From NCBI RefSeq assembly GCF_009914755.1, contig NC_060925.1: a DNA stretch of 64,000 nt. One strand, given 5' to 3'. A model generated the notes under the pieces. It saw nothing but the letters and a program-made list of their open reading frames with translations. It did no database searches and was not told where the DNA came from. Source of the stretch: the human T2T-CHM13v2.0 reference genome, Homo sapiens. Each line of letters opens with the position of its first letter. Within the stretch, counting starts at the first letter, position 1. The position numbers were made by a program, and so were the translations under genes. Shown in pieces: positions 45,740 through 60,126 of the stretch.

Positions 45740-45990
45740 GATACTCCTGGGGATGGTTCTGGCAGGAGTGAATAATCTAATGTCCCATGTTAGATTATGT
45801 CCCACAGGTTACAGGATCATGCTTTTGATTTTAATTTTAGTAGGACTTGGAACATTCAAGATGGTAGTGAGGGCACATGAAACTCTTCAGGATGAAATCT
45901 GGGCAGAGACTTATTAATTAATTTTGCATTTACTACTTCATGTCCCACATTAGATCATTTACTCCTGCCAGAACCATCCCTGCAAGTATC
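45740..45990. repeat. Inverted-repeat-flanked intronic duplicate of an LRIG2 exon 18 segment
   Basis: 45802-45940 matches 47960-48094; 45740-45783 is the reverse complement of 45947-45990 (38/44 identical). Confidence 0.93.
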
Positions 45991-45993
45991 TGA

Positions 45994-46405
<412 letters not shown>

Positions 46406-46614
46406 TAAGTGTTCATGAAAGAAATGCATCAACAGTAAATCCACTTTTACTGTTGGATGTCTTAGAAGAGTTAATACAAAAAGGGTTTAAGAAGGACCAG
46501 AAATGTAGTCCCATCTTTTTTGTAACTTTGGGGATGCCTTCATTTTTAATCTGGTCCGTAAGTAAGGAAATCAGCAAATGAGAGTGCTTCGGCCCATTGG
46601 CGATTTTTTATGTG

Positions 46615-46802
46615 GGGTATCCTAGCTTCTTCTTACTCGAAGTCTGGTCTGTTGACTATCAGCATCACCATTACCTAAGAGCTTGTTAGAAATGCAGAGT
46701 AATGACCCCAGAGCAGATCTAGCAAATCAGAGTCTACATTTTAACAAGATCCTCAAGTTATTTGTGTGCATATTAATTAAAACTTGAGAAACCCTGCTCT
46801 AG
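46615..46802. mobile_element. MER5A-like hAT DNA transposon remnant
   Basis: cagcatcacc..gagcttgttagaaatgcaga..ctacattttaacaagatcctcaagt..ttgagaaaccctgctctag. Confidence 0.7.
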
Positions 46803-47344
46803 CTTACTTTTCACATGGATTTTATTTTTATTTCTGGGTATTTGTTTTTATAATGTTTGGCTAGCTTTTTCTAAAATGTACCCTATGAAGTTAATATAAC
46901 TTTCAGTAAACAGTCTTTGGGAAAATAGTTCACCATTGTAATTAAAGAAGAATGAGAAATGCATATTTGAAACCAGTGTGCAGATAATCTGATTTAATAC
47001 AGCTCCTTTTGACTATCATTTGTTGTTAGAATTGTTGACATGCTAGGAGTTGGAAGGGAATGGCTGTTTATTTTTAAAACAATTTTGTGACATATTTAAA
47101 GATATAATGGCTGCACTGAATCAATGATTATTACCTATCATGAAACTTTCATTACAATATGGATACCATTTTGTCTTTTAGTTCTTTTCCATGTGTCTAA
47201 AGAGTTTTATTTAAAAATTTTGTGGCCGGGCACGGTGGCTCACGCCTGTAATCCCAGCACTTTGGGAGGCTGAAGCAGGCGGATCACCTGAGGTTGGGAG
47301 TTCAAACTAGCCTGGCCAACATGGTGAAACTCCTGTCTCTACTA

Positions 47345-47503
<159 letters not shown>

Positions 47504-47658
47504 TCAAAAAAATAAATAAATAAAATAAAAAATTTTGTAGCAACAGAATCGCTAAAATAACAGGTGACAGTAGACGATATATAGTATGATCTCAGTAAAT
47601 AATTGGTTAGGTTTGTGAAGTAGAGGGATTTGAAAGACCATGTTCTGGTGGTGGTTTT

Positions 47659-47662
<4 letters not shown>

Positions 47663-47691
<29 letters not shown>
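47663..47691. repeat. (TG)n microsatellite ~115 nt upstream of the exon 18 acceptor
   Basis: about 14 TG units preceded by a T run. Confidence 0.95.
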
Positions 47692-47693
<2 letters not shown>

Positions 47694-47805
47694 TTTCAGT
47701 GTCCCTATTCAGGAATATTGAACATCTTTATTTCTTTGAGGATTTGGCTAAAAGGATATTAAGTTTTACCAGTCACTACTGATAATTCTTGTCTTTCATT
47801 CTCAG

Positions 47806-48032
47806 AAACATTGCAGCGGCCCGTGTGGAACATAAACAGAGAACTAGGCCTGCCTCATCCTCCTTTTTCCCAGCAGCCAGTCCATGAGTCACCACAACTT
47901 CATCAAAATGAGGGCCTGGCAGGGAGAGAGCCAGACTGTTCTGCTTCTTCCATGTCCTGCCACAGGTTACAGGATCATGCTTTTGATTTTAGTAGGACTC
48001 GGAACATTCAAGATGGTAGTGAGGGCACATGA
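47806..48032 (+). CDS. LRIG2: LRIG2 exon 18 coding part (ETLQRPVWN...DGSEGT*)
   Basis: ttctcag|AA acceptor; in frame with exon 17; stop TGA 48030-48032. Confidence 0.93.
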
Positions 48033-48626
48033 AACTCACTTCAGGATGAAATCTGGGCAGAGACTTATTAATTAATTTTGCATTTACTACCTCAGAGCTC
48101 AGAAGAAACTCCGAAGTCAGCATTTGCTTTACTCTTTCTTTATGATTGCATCTGACCGCACCAAGGTGGGCCATGCGTTGTTTGGTCTTATACCTGATGA
48201 AGAAATGGCAACAGCTGACAGAAATGGGTACAGCTCATCAAAAATGTGCAGCACCGGCAGAGGGAAGATACGGGGCAAATGTGCTTCCTGATGCTTCCAT
48301 GGGGATGTGCCCTGGTGTGCATCTGCTTGTCAGGAAGAGTCACATTGCTGCTTAACATGCTGGATTGCCCTAGTCTTCAGAATGGTCCTGAGAAAACATC
48401 ACTACTTCGATGTTCTACTTTGCTTTCCAAGGAGCAAAAATAACTTTGGAGCCTTCTGGGAAGTGTGCCTGGGATTCTTCAGTGGTTTCAGGCAGATAGT
48501 TGAGACTGGGGCTTTGATATTCAAGGTCTTTGGCAAGAATCCCAGGCTTGACCAACTGGTACCAGGTCAAAGATTTTTGTATTCTTGTGAATTTTTTTTT
48601 TTGTCCCTATTGCCCAGGGATGTCAT

Positions 48627-48696
48627 TGTAAATATATGTGCATTTATAAATAATTTTTGTATTCATTGACCATATGTGTTGGCTGCAATGTAAATA
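48627..48696 (+). promoter_or_regulatory. Two Pumilio response elements (TGTAAATA) in the proximal 3'UTR
   Basis: TGTAAATA at 48627-48634 and 48689-48696 match UGUANAUA. Confidence 0.55.
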
Positions 48697-49399
48697 TTTT
48701 TGATATGCCAAAATTATATGTAATATCCAGTTATAATATTGACAAGTAGCTTCTCAGATCACAGATTTTAAATAACTCAATTTAGTGAGATCTAAAAATT
48801 TTATTTAAAGTATAAAAACTGTGGCTCACACCTGTAATCCCAGCATTTTGAGAGGCTAAGGTGGGAGGATTGCTTGAGGCCAGGAATTTGAGACCAGGCT
48901 GGGCAACATGGTGAGACCCTGTGTCTGCAAAAAAATAAATTAAAAAAATAGGTGGACATTGTGGCATGCTGCTGTAGTCCTAGCTACTTGGGAGGCTGAG
49001 GTGGGAGGGTCACTTGAGCCCGGGAAATCAAGGCTGCAGTGAGCTGTGTGAAGCCACTGCATCCCAGCCTGGGTGACAGAGTGAGGCCCTGGCTCAAAAG
49101 TAAAATAAATAAATAAAAAGTTTTAAAAACTTACTTGTTAAGAAGTGTATCTATAGAGGCAGCTACTTAGTGATTGTATACACATAAACACAGTCTTGGT
49201 GTAATTAACCGCCTTCTTCATGCCTAGAGGTTCATACTTCTGGTCATTTGCCATCTGTTTAAAAGTGCTAGGTGATACTCCCTTTCTAACATAAAAAGCT
49301 TGTTCTTTCAGAGCCTGGCAGTCCTGTCACAGCTGTATGCACCTAGAGGAAAACTTGTTTGGAAATTCCTTTCATTTCCTCCCCCTCTCCCTCCTTCCC

Positions 49400-50920
49400 T
49401 CTTTTTTTTTACTGAAACAGAAATTGATTGAGGAAGGTTCAGTCATTCCTTCAGGAACCAATGAGTTAGATCGGGTTGTTACTTTATGTATAATGAACGC
49501 TTCAAAAACTGGAGGCTGATTTAAAGATTGCAGAACTTGAGTCAGACTCATAAGCAGTACTGTGACATGAATTGGAGCCAGAACAGTTGCTGATATCAGA
49601 ACCATCTCTTTCATTCTGTGACTTTGCTCTTGCCATGTTCTGACTGGGGTGAGCCGCTAGGATACAAATCACTATCACTGTCCATATTTGAGTCTGCAAA
49701 TCTTGTCATTGTCTGCTTTAATGCTCTTTGAGTTGCAACAGGTGTATTATTTAAATGAGTATTTGAAATTCTGTGAACAGGAATTCTTTTGGTAGTGAAA
49801 TAGGTGCTCACACCTGCTTGCTCAGAATGTGAAAATATTATTTCTGAGTTCTCTTTGTTCACTTTCTAAAGTGACTGTTGTTTGGTGTTGGAGATGTTAA
49901 CTGGGTTCTATTAGGTGTGCTATATCTTGGCAAATATTCCCCATGATGAACTCTTCCTACTATCACAATCAGGACTATGACTGGATTTCTCAGTCTCAGT
50001 GCCCCAGATTCACCATTTCTGATTGTGTCTGGAGAACGTTTTCCTGGAAAGGCATTCCATGTTCCAAAAGCTACAAAAACATGCCACTTTGCAACTATGG
50101 GTCAGTTATTTGCTCTCTCAATGTCTCATGTTGCTGAGTTCTAGAAAATCTCTGTCTCATTTACCAGGGGTCATTCAAAAGTCTGAGATGTATATTATCA
50201 TGAAATATTTGTGAAATTTCTCACCATGAATTTGGAGGGAACCTACTTTTATTTCTCGCTCTGGTTCTCCATTGGTCTGGGCTCCTGCTTCTCAGTCTTC
50301 TCTGACGTCTGGTAAGTGGAACTTTCATTAATACTTCTGTCGCACTTTGTACCTGACCTAGGTGGCCTTGCAAATGTTGACTCAGATTGTGGATTTTCCA
50401 CTTTCCTCTGTTTTCCCTATTTTCTCCCCTGGGAAATCTTGCAGATGATGCATATTCATTTTCTGTATTCAGCCTTCCATTATTAAGGATAAAATTGATC
50501 CCTACATTGAATCTGAAATTACCACTATATGGATTACTCTGGCTCACTGCTGTCCAAGCTTGGTTTTCTCTTTGCTTACTTCCTGTCATATTTTCAGTTT
50601 GCCCAAAAGAGGTAAGCCACTTTATTACAGACCCATTACTAGTGCTAGACGTCATCCACCTCTGTTTTCACCTGATTCTTGTGGGGAATCCTCTTTAATT
50701 TGTTGTAACCTTCTCAGCAACTCTTCTGTACTTCACCTATAGTGCCTAGCAAATTGTTATCACTCATAAGCCTGTAATCTTCATCACTCAGGTTATTTGC
50801 AAGTAGAAAGCTTCTGGAACCATTTGTCCATCCGACTTCTGCACTGGGCCACATCCATCTTCTTCATTGTCAGAATCTGAGTTTTCTGTCTTGAAGAACA
50901 GCTGGAAAGTTGTCTGGCTG
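49400..50920 (-). pseudogene. RLIMP2: Processed pseudogene of RLIM/RNF12 (probably the locus named RLIMP2)
   Basis: Minus-strand ORF fragments resemble RLIM: [57 protein letters not shown] and FSHSEQAGVSTYFTTKRIPVHRISNT. It is intronless with frameshifts and stops. The start-codon position reads ACA-GAA-AAC-TCA-GAT (RLIM begins M-E-N-S-D). The symbol is from memory of the locus. Confidence 0.85.
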
Positions 50921-50967
50921 TTATGACACAGTATTGAAATACCAGACTGAGTTTCAGTTGTTTCTAG

Positions 50968-51379
<412 letters not shown>

Positions 51380-51400
51380 TGAACTCCTGACCTCAGGTGA

Positions 51401-51755
<355 letters not shown>

Positions 51756-52990
51756 TAGAGTGCTGGGATTACAGGCGTGAGCCACCGAGCCCGGCCGGTC
51801 CTTATTTTATACAAGTGATTAAGCCAAAAATTTTCTTGAATTTCTGATACCAAAGAGCTTTAGGTAAATAAAGAACTTCACACTCTAATGCAATGTAATT
51901 CTTTCTTTGTGCTTTCAGATTTCCTTACACTTCCTGTCCAGTTCTCTCTTCTAAATCCAATATTACTCACTAGATAATTTCAGCCACTTAAATAAAAATA
52001 TCTATTTTTAAGTCCTGGTTCAAGGGTTCCAAACTCACATAATTTCTCAACTTTTTGCCAGAAAGTTGAGCATTTATTCATACTTATTTTCAATCCTAAG
52101 TGTTCTCCCATGGGCAGCAGCACTTCTTGAGCTGTTTAGTACTGCCACACCTTTTTATGTCTTTACTATGTCAGCCTCTGATCATTTTCACTTTGAACTT
52201 CCTAAAGATCACAATTTCCTATCCCTTCAATCTGCGATCCCTCTTCTTCCTTTCTTACTAGATTATGGTGTAGTTTGTACTAGACTGACTCATTAAGACC
52301 TTGTACGCTTCCTGAGTCTGCTTGTTACTGGCTTTGTAATCAAGGGTGAGTCTTTTTACTTCTCTAGGCTAGATTTTCTCATTTATGAAATGAGGACATT
52401 TTTCTAGATGCTGTAAAGCCCTTTCCAGCTGTAACATTCTATGAATCTGTAATTCCCTCGAGGAGCTAAGGAGGATTATGCTACTTTAATAAAAAGCTGC
52501 TTTGGTGACATTTGTTCGAGTAGAACAAGAGTGATGCTGCTCATTCTGACTTGAGCCAGATGTATTTCCTTTATAGCAGGAGTAATGGTCTAAGAAATAC
52601 TCATTAGGAGAAAAAAATTCTGCTTCTAAACAGTATTAGTAAACAAAGAATCTTGACTCAGTTGAAAAACCACCCATTGCTCTCTAGAGCAGAATGTCTG
52701 AATGCTGGTTTTATAGCACACTAGAATATCAGAATGAGTTGACAGGTATACCACAACTAATTTGTAACTAGTTTGTGACTCACCTTTCTAATGTATTCGA
52801 AGTTATCCCTATAATTATATTACTCTCGCTCAAATTCTGATAGATTTCCTGAATGGAATAGGTGGAATTAGGGCTAGGCTGCCAGAGACTGTGCCAATGA
52901 GCATCACCCGTCATGTGTGAGAGAGCAGAAGATAGCCTGTGAGCCAGTGCTCTAGAAAACATCATGTAGGAGGCCGGTCACGGTGGCTCA

Positions 52991-53293
<303 letters not shown>

Positions 53294-53468
53294 CTAGCAG
53301 TGGTCCTTCTACTGACAGTGCTGTCAGAGTCTGGTCTCCTAAAGAGCCAGGTCATTTTCCATTGTGTCAACTCAGATGGTTGAGATGTCCTTAGATATTC
53401 CTAGCTTGCCTAAATAACTAGTCAGCAATCTATTTAAATGTGAAGAGCCTATCTCTGGTCTTTAAATA

Positions 53469-53488
53469 AACACACACACACACACACA
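53469..53488. repeat. (AC)n microsatellite
   Basis: direct observation. Confidence 0.9.
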
Positions 53489-54846
53489 CCCCTAGGAAAA
53501 GGAATTCCTGAAACTTTTCATTATTGCATATGTTTCTGATCAAGCAATATGTTAACCCTCTAAGTAGGATTAGTGTCCCATGAGTATTTCTTCCAGCAGA
53601 ATCATGTCTGCCTAATGCTAATCAGGAATGTTGCAAACTGAAATGCTCCTTTCCCCACTGCCCCCTAATGACCACTTTCAGGAGGAATACATACATTCTC
53701 TTGATTTGTTTGTCCCCTTTCAGGCTGATTCTCCACTTCCACCTGGAAGAAAAGACAGTATTCCTTGAACTCCATGACCTACTGGTACAGGATCTACACT
53801 TATGCCATTGGCTTTCTGTCACTCCGCAACTTGTACTTTTTTTTTTGAGACAGGGTTTCACCCTGTCAGCCAGGCTGGAGTGCAATGGTGTGAACGTGGC
53901 TCACTGTCGTCACTGCAGCCTTGATATCTCAAGCCCAAGTGATCCTCCCACCTCAACCACCTGAGTAGCTGTGCCACCACACCCGGCTAATTTTTGTATT
54001 TTTTGTAGAGATGGGGTTTCACCTTGTTGCCCAGGCTGATCACAAACTCCTGGGCTCAAGCAATCTCCCCACTTAGGCCTCCCAAAGTGCAGGGATTATA
54101 GGCATGAGCCACCGCACCCCGCAGTACTTTCCCTCGTATACAAGCTACTCTCCTGAAAAAAATAGCAGGAACCCATTCCAATGTCCAAGCTCCCCTAAAG
54201 TGCCAACTCAGAATAACTTTCATGTTTAAAAACAGCTGTCTTCACATTGCCCATTGTGAGGTTGTAAAAGGAAGTTAAGATGTCAAGCAATTTAGATTCT
54301 GTTACCCATTTCCCTATGAAAAGAGATGTGTTAAAAGTCTTTAACTACTTAAAGGGTCATCATGAAAAATAAGAATTCTATTCCAGAAGACAGAGTTATA
54401 CACAGGGAGGTGTATTATATACTTGCTAATAAATTTTTGTGTAGGCTCTTTAGTAAATTTATCTGATAATGGAATAATCAGCCTTTTTGGTGGAAAGGTA
54501 CATACAGAAGCTAAATCATCATCTGTTAATAGTGTTTAAGAGATTTCTTCATTGAGATGGAATATGGGCAAGATGACCTTTAAGGTCTTTTTCACTTTTA
54601 TCATTGGAAATCCCCAGAAGCAATCTGATAGTCTTAAAACTTTGTCCTTTCTAAGTCCTTTGTATTCATTTTAGAGCTCTTCAGGAAACTAGAGAATTTT
54701 GGACTTTGGTTGACAAAAGCGGTCTGACCTGTGTTCGTAGCTGGGAACATGAAACACAAAATTCTGGGTTTAATCTTCTGAAGAAATCTATAAGTAGTTA
54801 CTGGCATAAATGGTATTACTATACTAACAAATTTAAAAGCCTATAA

Positions 54847-55092
<246 letters not shown>

Positions 55093-55738
55093 TGAACTCC
55101 TGACCTCAAGTGATCAACCCACCTTGGCCTCCCAAAGTGCTGGGATTACAGGCATGAGCCACTGTGCCCAGCCCTCTTGATAATTTTTATTCTTGTTTCT
55201 TCTTATCTGTGGGACTCCAATTAGAATGGGGTTGAGATTGTGGCATTCAGTTTTATACCAATATTTTACCCAAGTGTGTCATGGCCTTTTTTAATCATTT
55301 TAATATCCCCAGAAATGCTAGAAGTGTAAAGGAATAACAGAGGTAAATTTGCTGTCATTTTATGCCACATCCTCTTTTCTTACTTTGCTTCTTGATACAG
55401 ATTATAGAGGTAATTGTGAAGACAGTTGAACCTTAGAAGATTGAGCTAAGATTCTTTTTTTGGCAACCTGCAAGTAATGTTTCATTTTTCTATTACGTGA
55501 TCTCTTTGCCCATACAGTTGGCAGATGTTTTTTCCCCCTTTTTCTACCTTAAACTTTTTTGTTTGGAGTACAGTCTAAACCAACATCAGTTAGCCTTGAT
55601 TTTCTTTCTTTTTTGGACAATTGTCTGGTTCATTGACAAAAGTAACAAGTTTGGAACTAAGAGATATGTTACAAGCTGCACTTAACACCACCTGAAAACC
55701 CAAGAATCATCTGAAGGTTTTGTCAGTAGTAAGGTAGG

Positions 55739-55741
<3 letters not shown>

Positions 55742-55776
<35 letters not shown>
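55742..55776. repeat. (TG)n microsatellite in the inferred 3'UTR
   Basis: about 17 TG units. Confidence 0.95.
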
Positions 55777-55779
<3 letters not shown>

Positions 55780-56171
55780 GATGGAATAGGGTGAAGGTGA
55801 AGAAACAGCTTGACTTGTGCCTGTTTTCAGATAAAGGAGTAAAGTGATCTACAAACTGTAACTATCTTGAAAGAGAAATTGATCATCAGATGGTCGAGTA
55901 CTCTTGGAATGTCTCTTTGCTGTTTACTGTGGCCTCTTTACAATGGTGAGACTTATTTCTACCCTCTACTTTCCACTATTATTTTTTTCCCCTATTGGAT
56001 AATACTAGTCTGAGCAGCCCTAATACTAGATGTACCTAAACAGAGATACAAGCCAAGTCATTGTTCAGTGTAGTCATTTCTTAGTATCTGTTTATATTTT
56101 GTCACACATCAGAATGTATATTTTATAGAGCATGTGTTTGTCTACTTGTTTGTCTACTATAATATGTCTTT

Positions 56172-56177
56172 AATAAA
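56172..56177 (+). terminator. Distal polyadenylation signal AATAAA
   Basis: AATAAA followed ~13 nt later by tgattttctggtcttcttttg; several TGTA motifs at ~56031-56118. Confidence 0.65.
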
Positions 56178-56488
56178 GCTAAAAACATTCTGATTTTCTG
56201 GTCTTCTTTTGCCTAGCGTACAGCAGTGAAACGGTACATTTATGAGTTTGTATCCTTTTGAGGGGGTCTTCAAGTAGCTGTACAAGTGAGAACAGGGCAG
56301 AATTGTTTTCCTTTAGTTCTTGCCAAGTCACATATTGCCTTGAGCCTGCCCCTGGCCGCCCCTGCAGCTGTGAGCTGTGAGGACAGGCACTGTGTGCTCT
56401 CCTGCTTCCTCCCTGGTGGTATCCACCGTGGTGCTAGATGCCTGGCAGGTATGGAAACAAATACACTTCATAATTCATTAGAAAATAA

Positions 56489-56959
<471 letters not shown>

Positions 56960-58279
56960 TGAGCCACCGTGTCCAGCCAAGCACTTTATTCTTTAGGAGG
57001 CACTTTCCACAGACATCTCACTTGAATTTCACAACACTCTTATGATATAGATTGGGTAGACAATTTTACTTTCCACATTTTATAGTTACGGAAACTGGCT
57101 TGGTGACAGTATCACTTACCCAATATCAAAAGTTTTTGTTTCAGCTCACCCACTTCCTCTTGTTCTTTGTTTAAAAACTTTTGATATTAAGTAAGCGATA
57201 ATTTCACCAAGTCCCAGGCAGCCCATCCCTGAGAGCATTGGCCAGAAAGACAGCAGAATTTGAATCCAGGTTTTCTGACTCAGATTCAGGGTTTTCCCCA
57301 CTATGATACCTTACAATTCAGAGTATCTTCTCTATAGTCTGCATAAACACTTCGGTAAAACCCTCCGGACACTGATCACTTCCAGTCTGAAAGTTTGGAC
57401 TGGAATTTACCCTAGTAAAAAATGCTTTTTACTAAATTTCTAATAGAAAAATTAGACTTTTTTTTTTCTCTTTTAAGGTGACATGCAAAAAAAAAAAAAA
57501 ATGCCGTAGTGTTAATTGTATTTTTTGTTTTGGAGTGGGACATGCTAGGGCCTATATGGTAGCCTCCTGCTGAGTTATGAAAGATATTTATTCACACTTG
57601 TAGATATTTACAGGTTTGTGACAGTGCTTAAGCTATCTGTGCTGAAGGACTAGTTGCCATGGATCAATACTTTTGTAAAATGCAGTAAGAATGAATTTCT
57701 AGAAAAATTAAGACAAAATACAAACAAAATTTTTATTACAGATTCAACACATAAAATTACTATCAAACTGCAATTAAAATTTCTAAATGCTTATTCTCAG
57801 TTTCTGTAGTTTATCGTGGACAAAGAGCAAATAGTTTGTGGATTGGCACAAGTCTGCAGATCACTTCTGTAGTGTTGCTGTAACTGTGTAACAGTTCATG
57901 TATGTGTCAGGATGGGAATCGGTTTTATTTATTTAGGGGATTCCTTTTAGTCTTGCTGGTATGATATGATTGAAACTGAGGACTGGACTTTTGTCTAGAG
58001 GCCCCTCTGACTAGAAGCAACAATTAAAACACCTTTTCAGCTCACTGACTTCCTCCTGTTCTTCAGCTCATCACTTGCTGGGTAGAGCATTTGTAGCATG
58101 CTATTTGTTTTCCAGGCCTGCTGCTTTTCTGGCCAATGCTCTCAGGGATGGGCTGCCTGTGATTTGTTATAAAGGAAATTCTATCACAAGAGAGGGAAAG
58201 GGAAAAGGAAGTACATGGGTCATTATACTGGGAGGAAGGTGGTCTGATGCTATGTAGTCCGATGTGGACTTGTGGGTGA

Positions 58280-58669
<390 letters not shown>

Positions 58670-58776
58670 TAACTAACAGCAAATACATTCTGCTTACTCC
58701 TTTCAGATACTGTGAAGCACTTTACATACTTAACATTTACTTACAAAAATCCCTTTGAGGGAGGTATTCTTATCTC

Positions 58777-59165
58777 CTATATTGTGCTGTTCTTGCATTG
58801 CTATGAAGAAATACTTGGGACTGGGTAATTTATAAAGAAAAGAGGTTTAATTGGCTCACAGTTCTGCAGGCTTTACAGGAAGCATGGTGCCAACATCTGC
58901 TCAGCTTCTGGGGAGGCCTCAGGGAGCTTAAAATCATGGAAGGCAAAGCGGGAGCAGGCATATCAAATGGAGAAAGCAGGAACAAGACAGAAATTGGTGG
59001 GGAGGTCCCACACACCTTTAAACAACCAGATCTTGGGAGAACTCACTTGATTCATAAGAACTGTACCCCCACGATGCAATCACCTCCCACCAGGCCCCAT
59101 CCACAACACTGGGATTACATTTCAACATGAGATTTGAGTGATGACAAATATCCAAATTCTATCAT
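58777..59165. mobile_element. MST-type MaLR LTR
   Basis: ttcttgcattgctatgaagaaatac..gactgggtaatttataaagaaaagaggtttaattggctcac...cccaccaggcccc..caacactggggattacatttcaacatgagatttg. Confidence 0.85.
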
Positions 59166-59339
59166 CCCCATTGTACAGAGGATGATCCTGGATAAGCAAG
59201 TTGCCCACATCACATAATTAGCAAGCAGTACAACTAGGAGTTGAAATTATATCTTCATTATTTCAAAGCACACATTCTTTCCCTGTGCCTAAGAAAGGGA
59301 AAAAGTGAGCTTTTATGAAACTCCTTTGTCATTTAGCCT

Positions 59340-59658
59340 TTGTTATTGGCTAAACTGTTGTCCTTTCAACCCTCCAAAATTCAATACATCAAAGTCCTAT
59401 TCCTCAGTACCTCAGAGTATAATCATATTTGCAGATAAGGTCTTTAAAGAGGTAATTAAGTTAAAATGAGCACAGAGCAAAAACCAAAGACCACGTATGG
59501 ATTCATCAAGAAGGAAACCACAGAGAGAGCTGTCAAAAGAAACCAAGCTTGCTGACATATTGATCTTAGACTTCTAGCTTCCAGAGCTGTGAGAAAATCA
59601 ATTGTTTAAAGCCATCTGGTCTGTGGAATTTTGTTATGGTAGCCCAGGCAAACTAATA
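59340..59658. mobile_element. MLT1-type MaLR LTR
   Basis: tgttattggctaaactgt..cccagtacctcag-like..gataaggtctttaaagaggtaattaag..cttccagagctgtgagaaaat..ttgttatggtagcccaggcaaactaata. Confidence 0.75.
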
Positions 59659-59836
59659 TGGTCCTTCAGCAACCCAGCCAGGCTGGTAGGATTTTCTTCA
59701 AATTTTGCAAATAAGAAAATTGTCTCAAGCTATGTGATTTGCCAGAGGTCATGTGCTCCAAAGCCCCTGCTCTTTCTACTGAGCCACCCTGTCCTCAGAC
59801 CCCAGCTGGTTCTTTGTATACTGAAATCTGCTGTAG

Positions 59837-60126
<290 letters not shown>

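Noticed and set aside
45740-45990. Interpreting the cassette as a processed retrocopy or a pre-miRNA
   Set aside because: No poly(A) or TSD and no exon-exon junction; the ~160-nt loop is far too large for a canonical Drosha substrate
50221-50655. 144-aa minus-strand ORF as a functional RLIM-like gene
   Set aside because: Fragment of a pseudogene: lost ATG, internal frame shifts relative to RLIM, no RING domain
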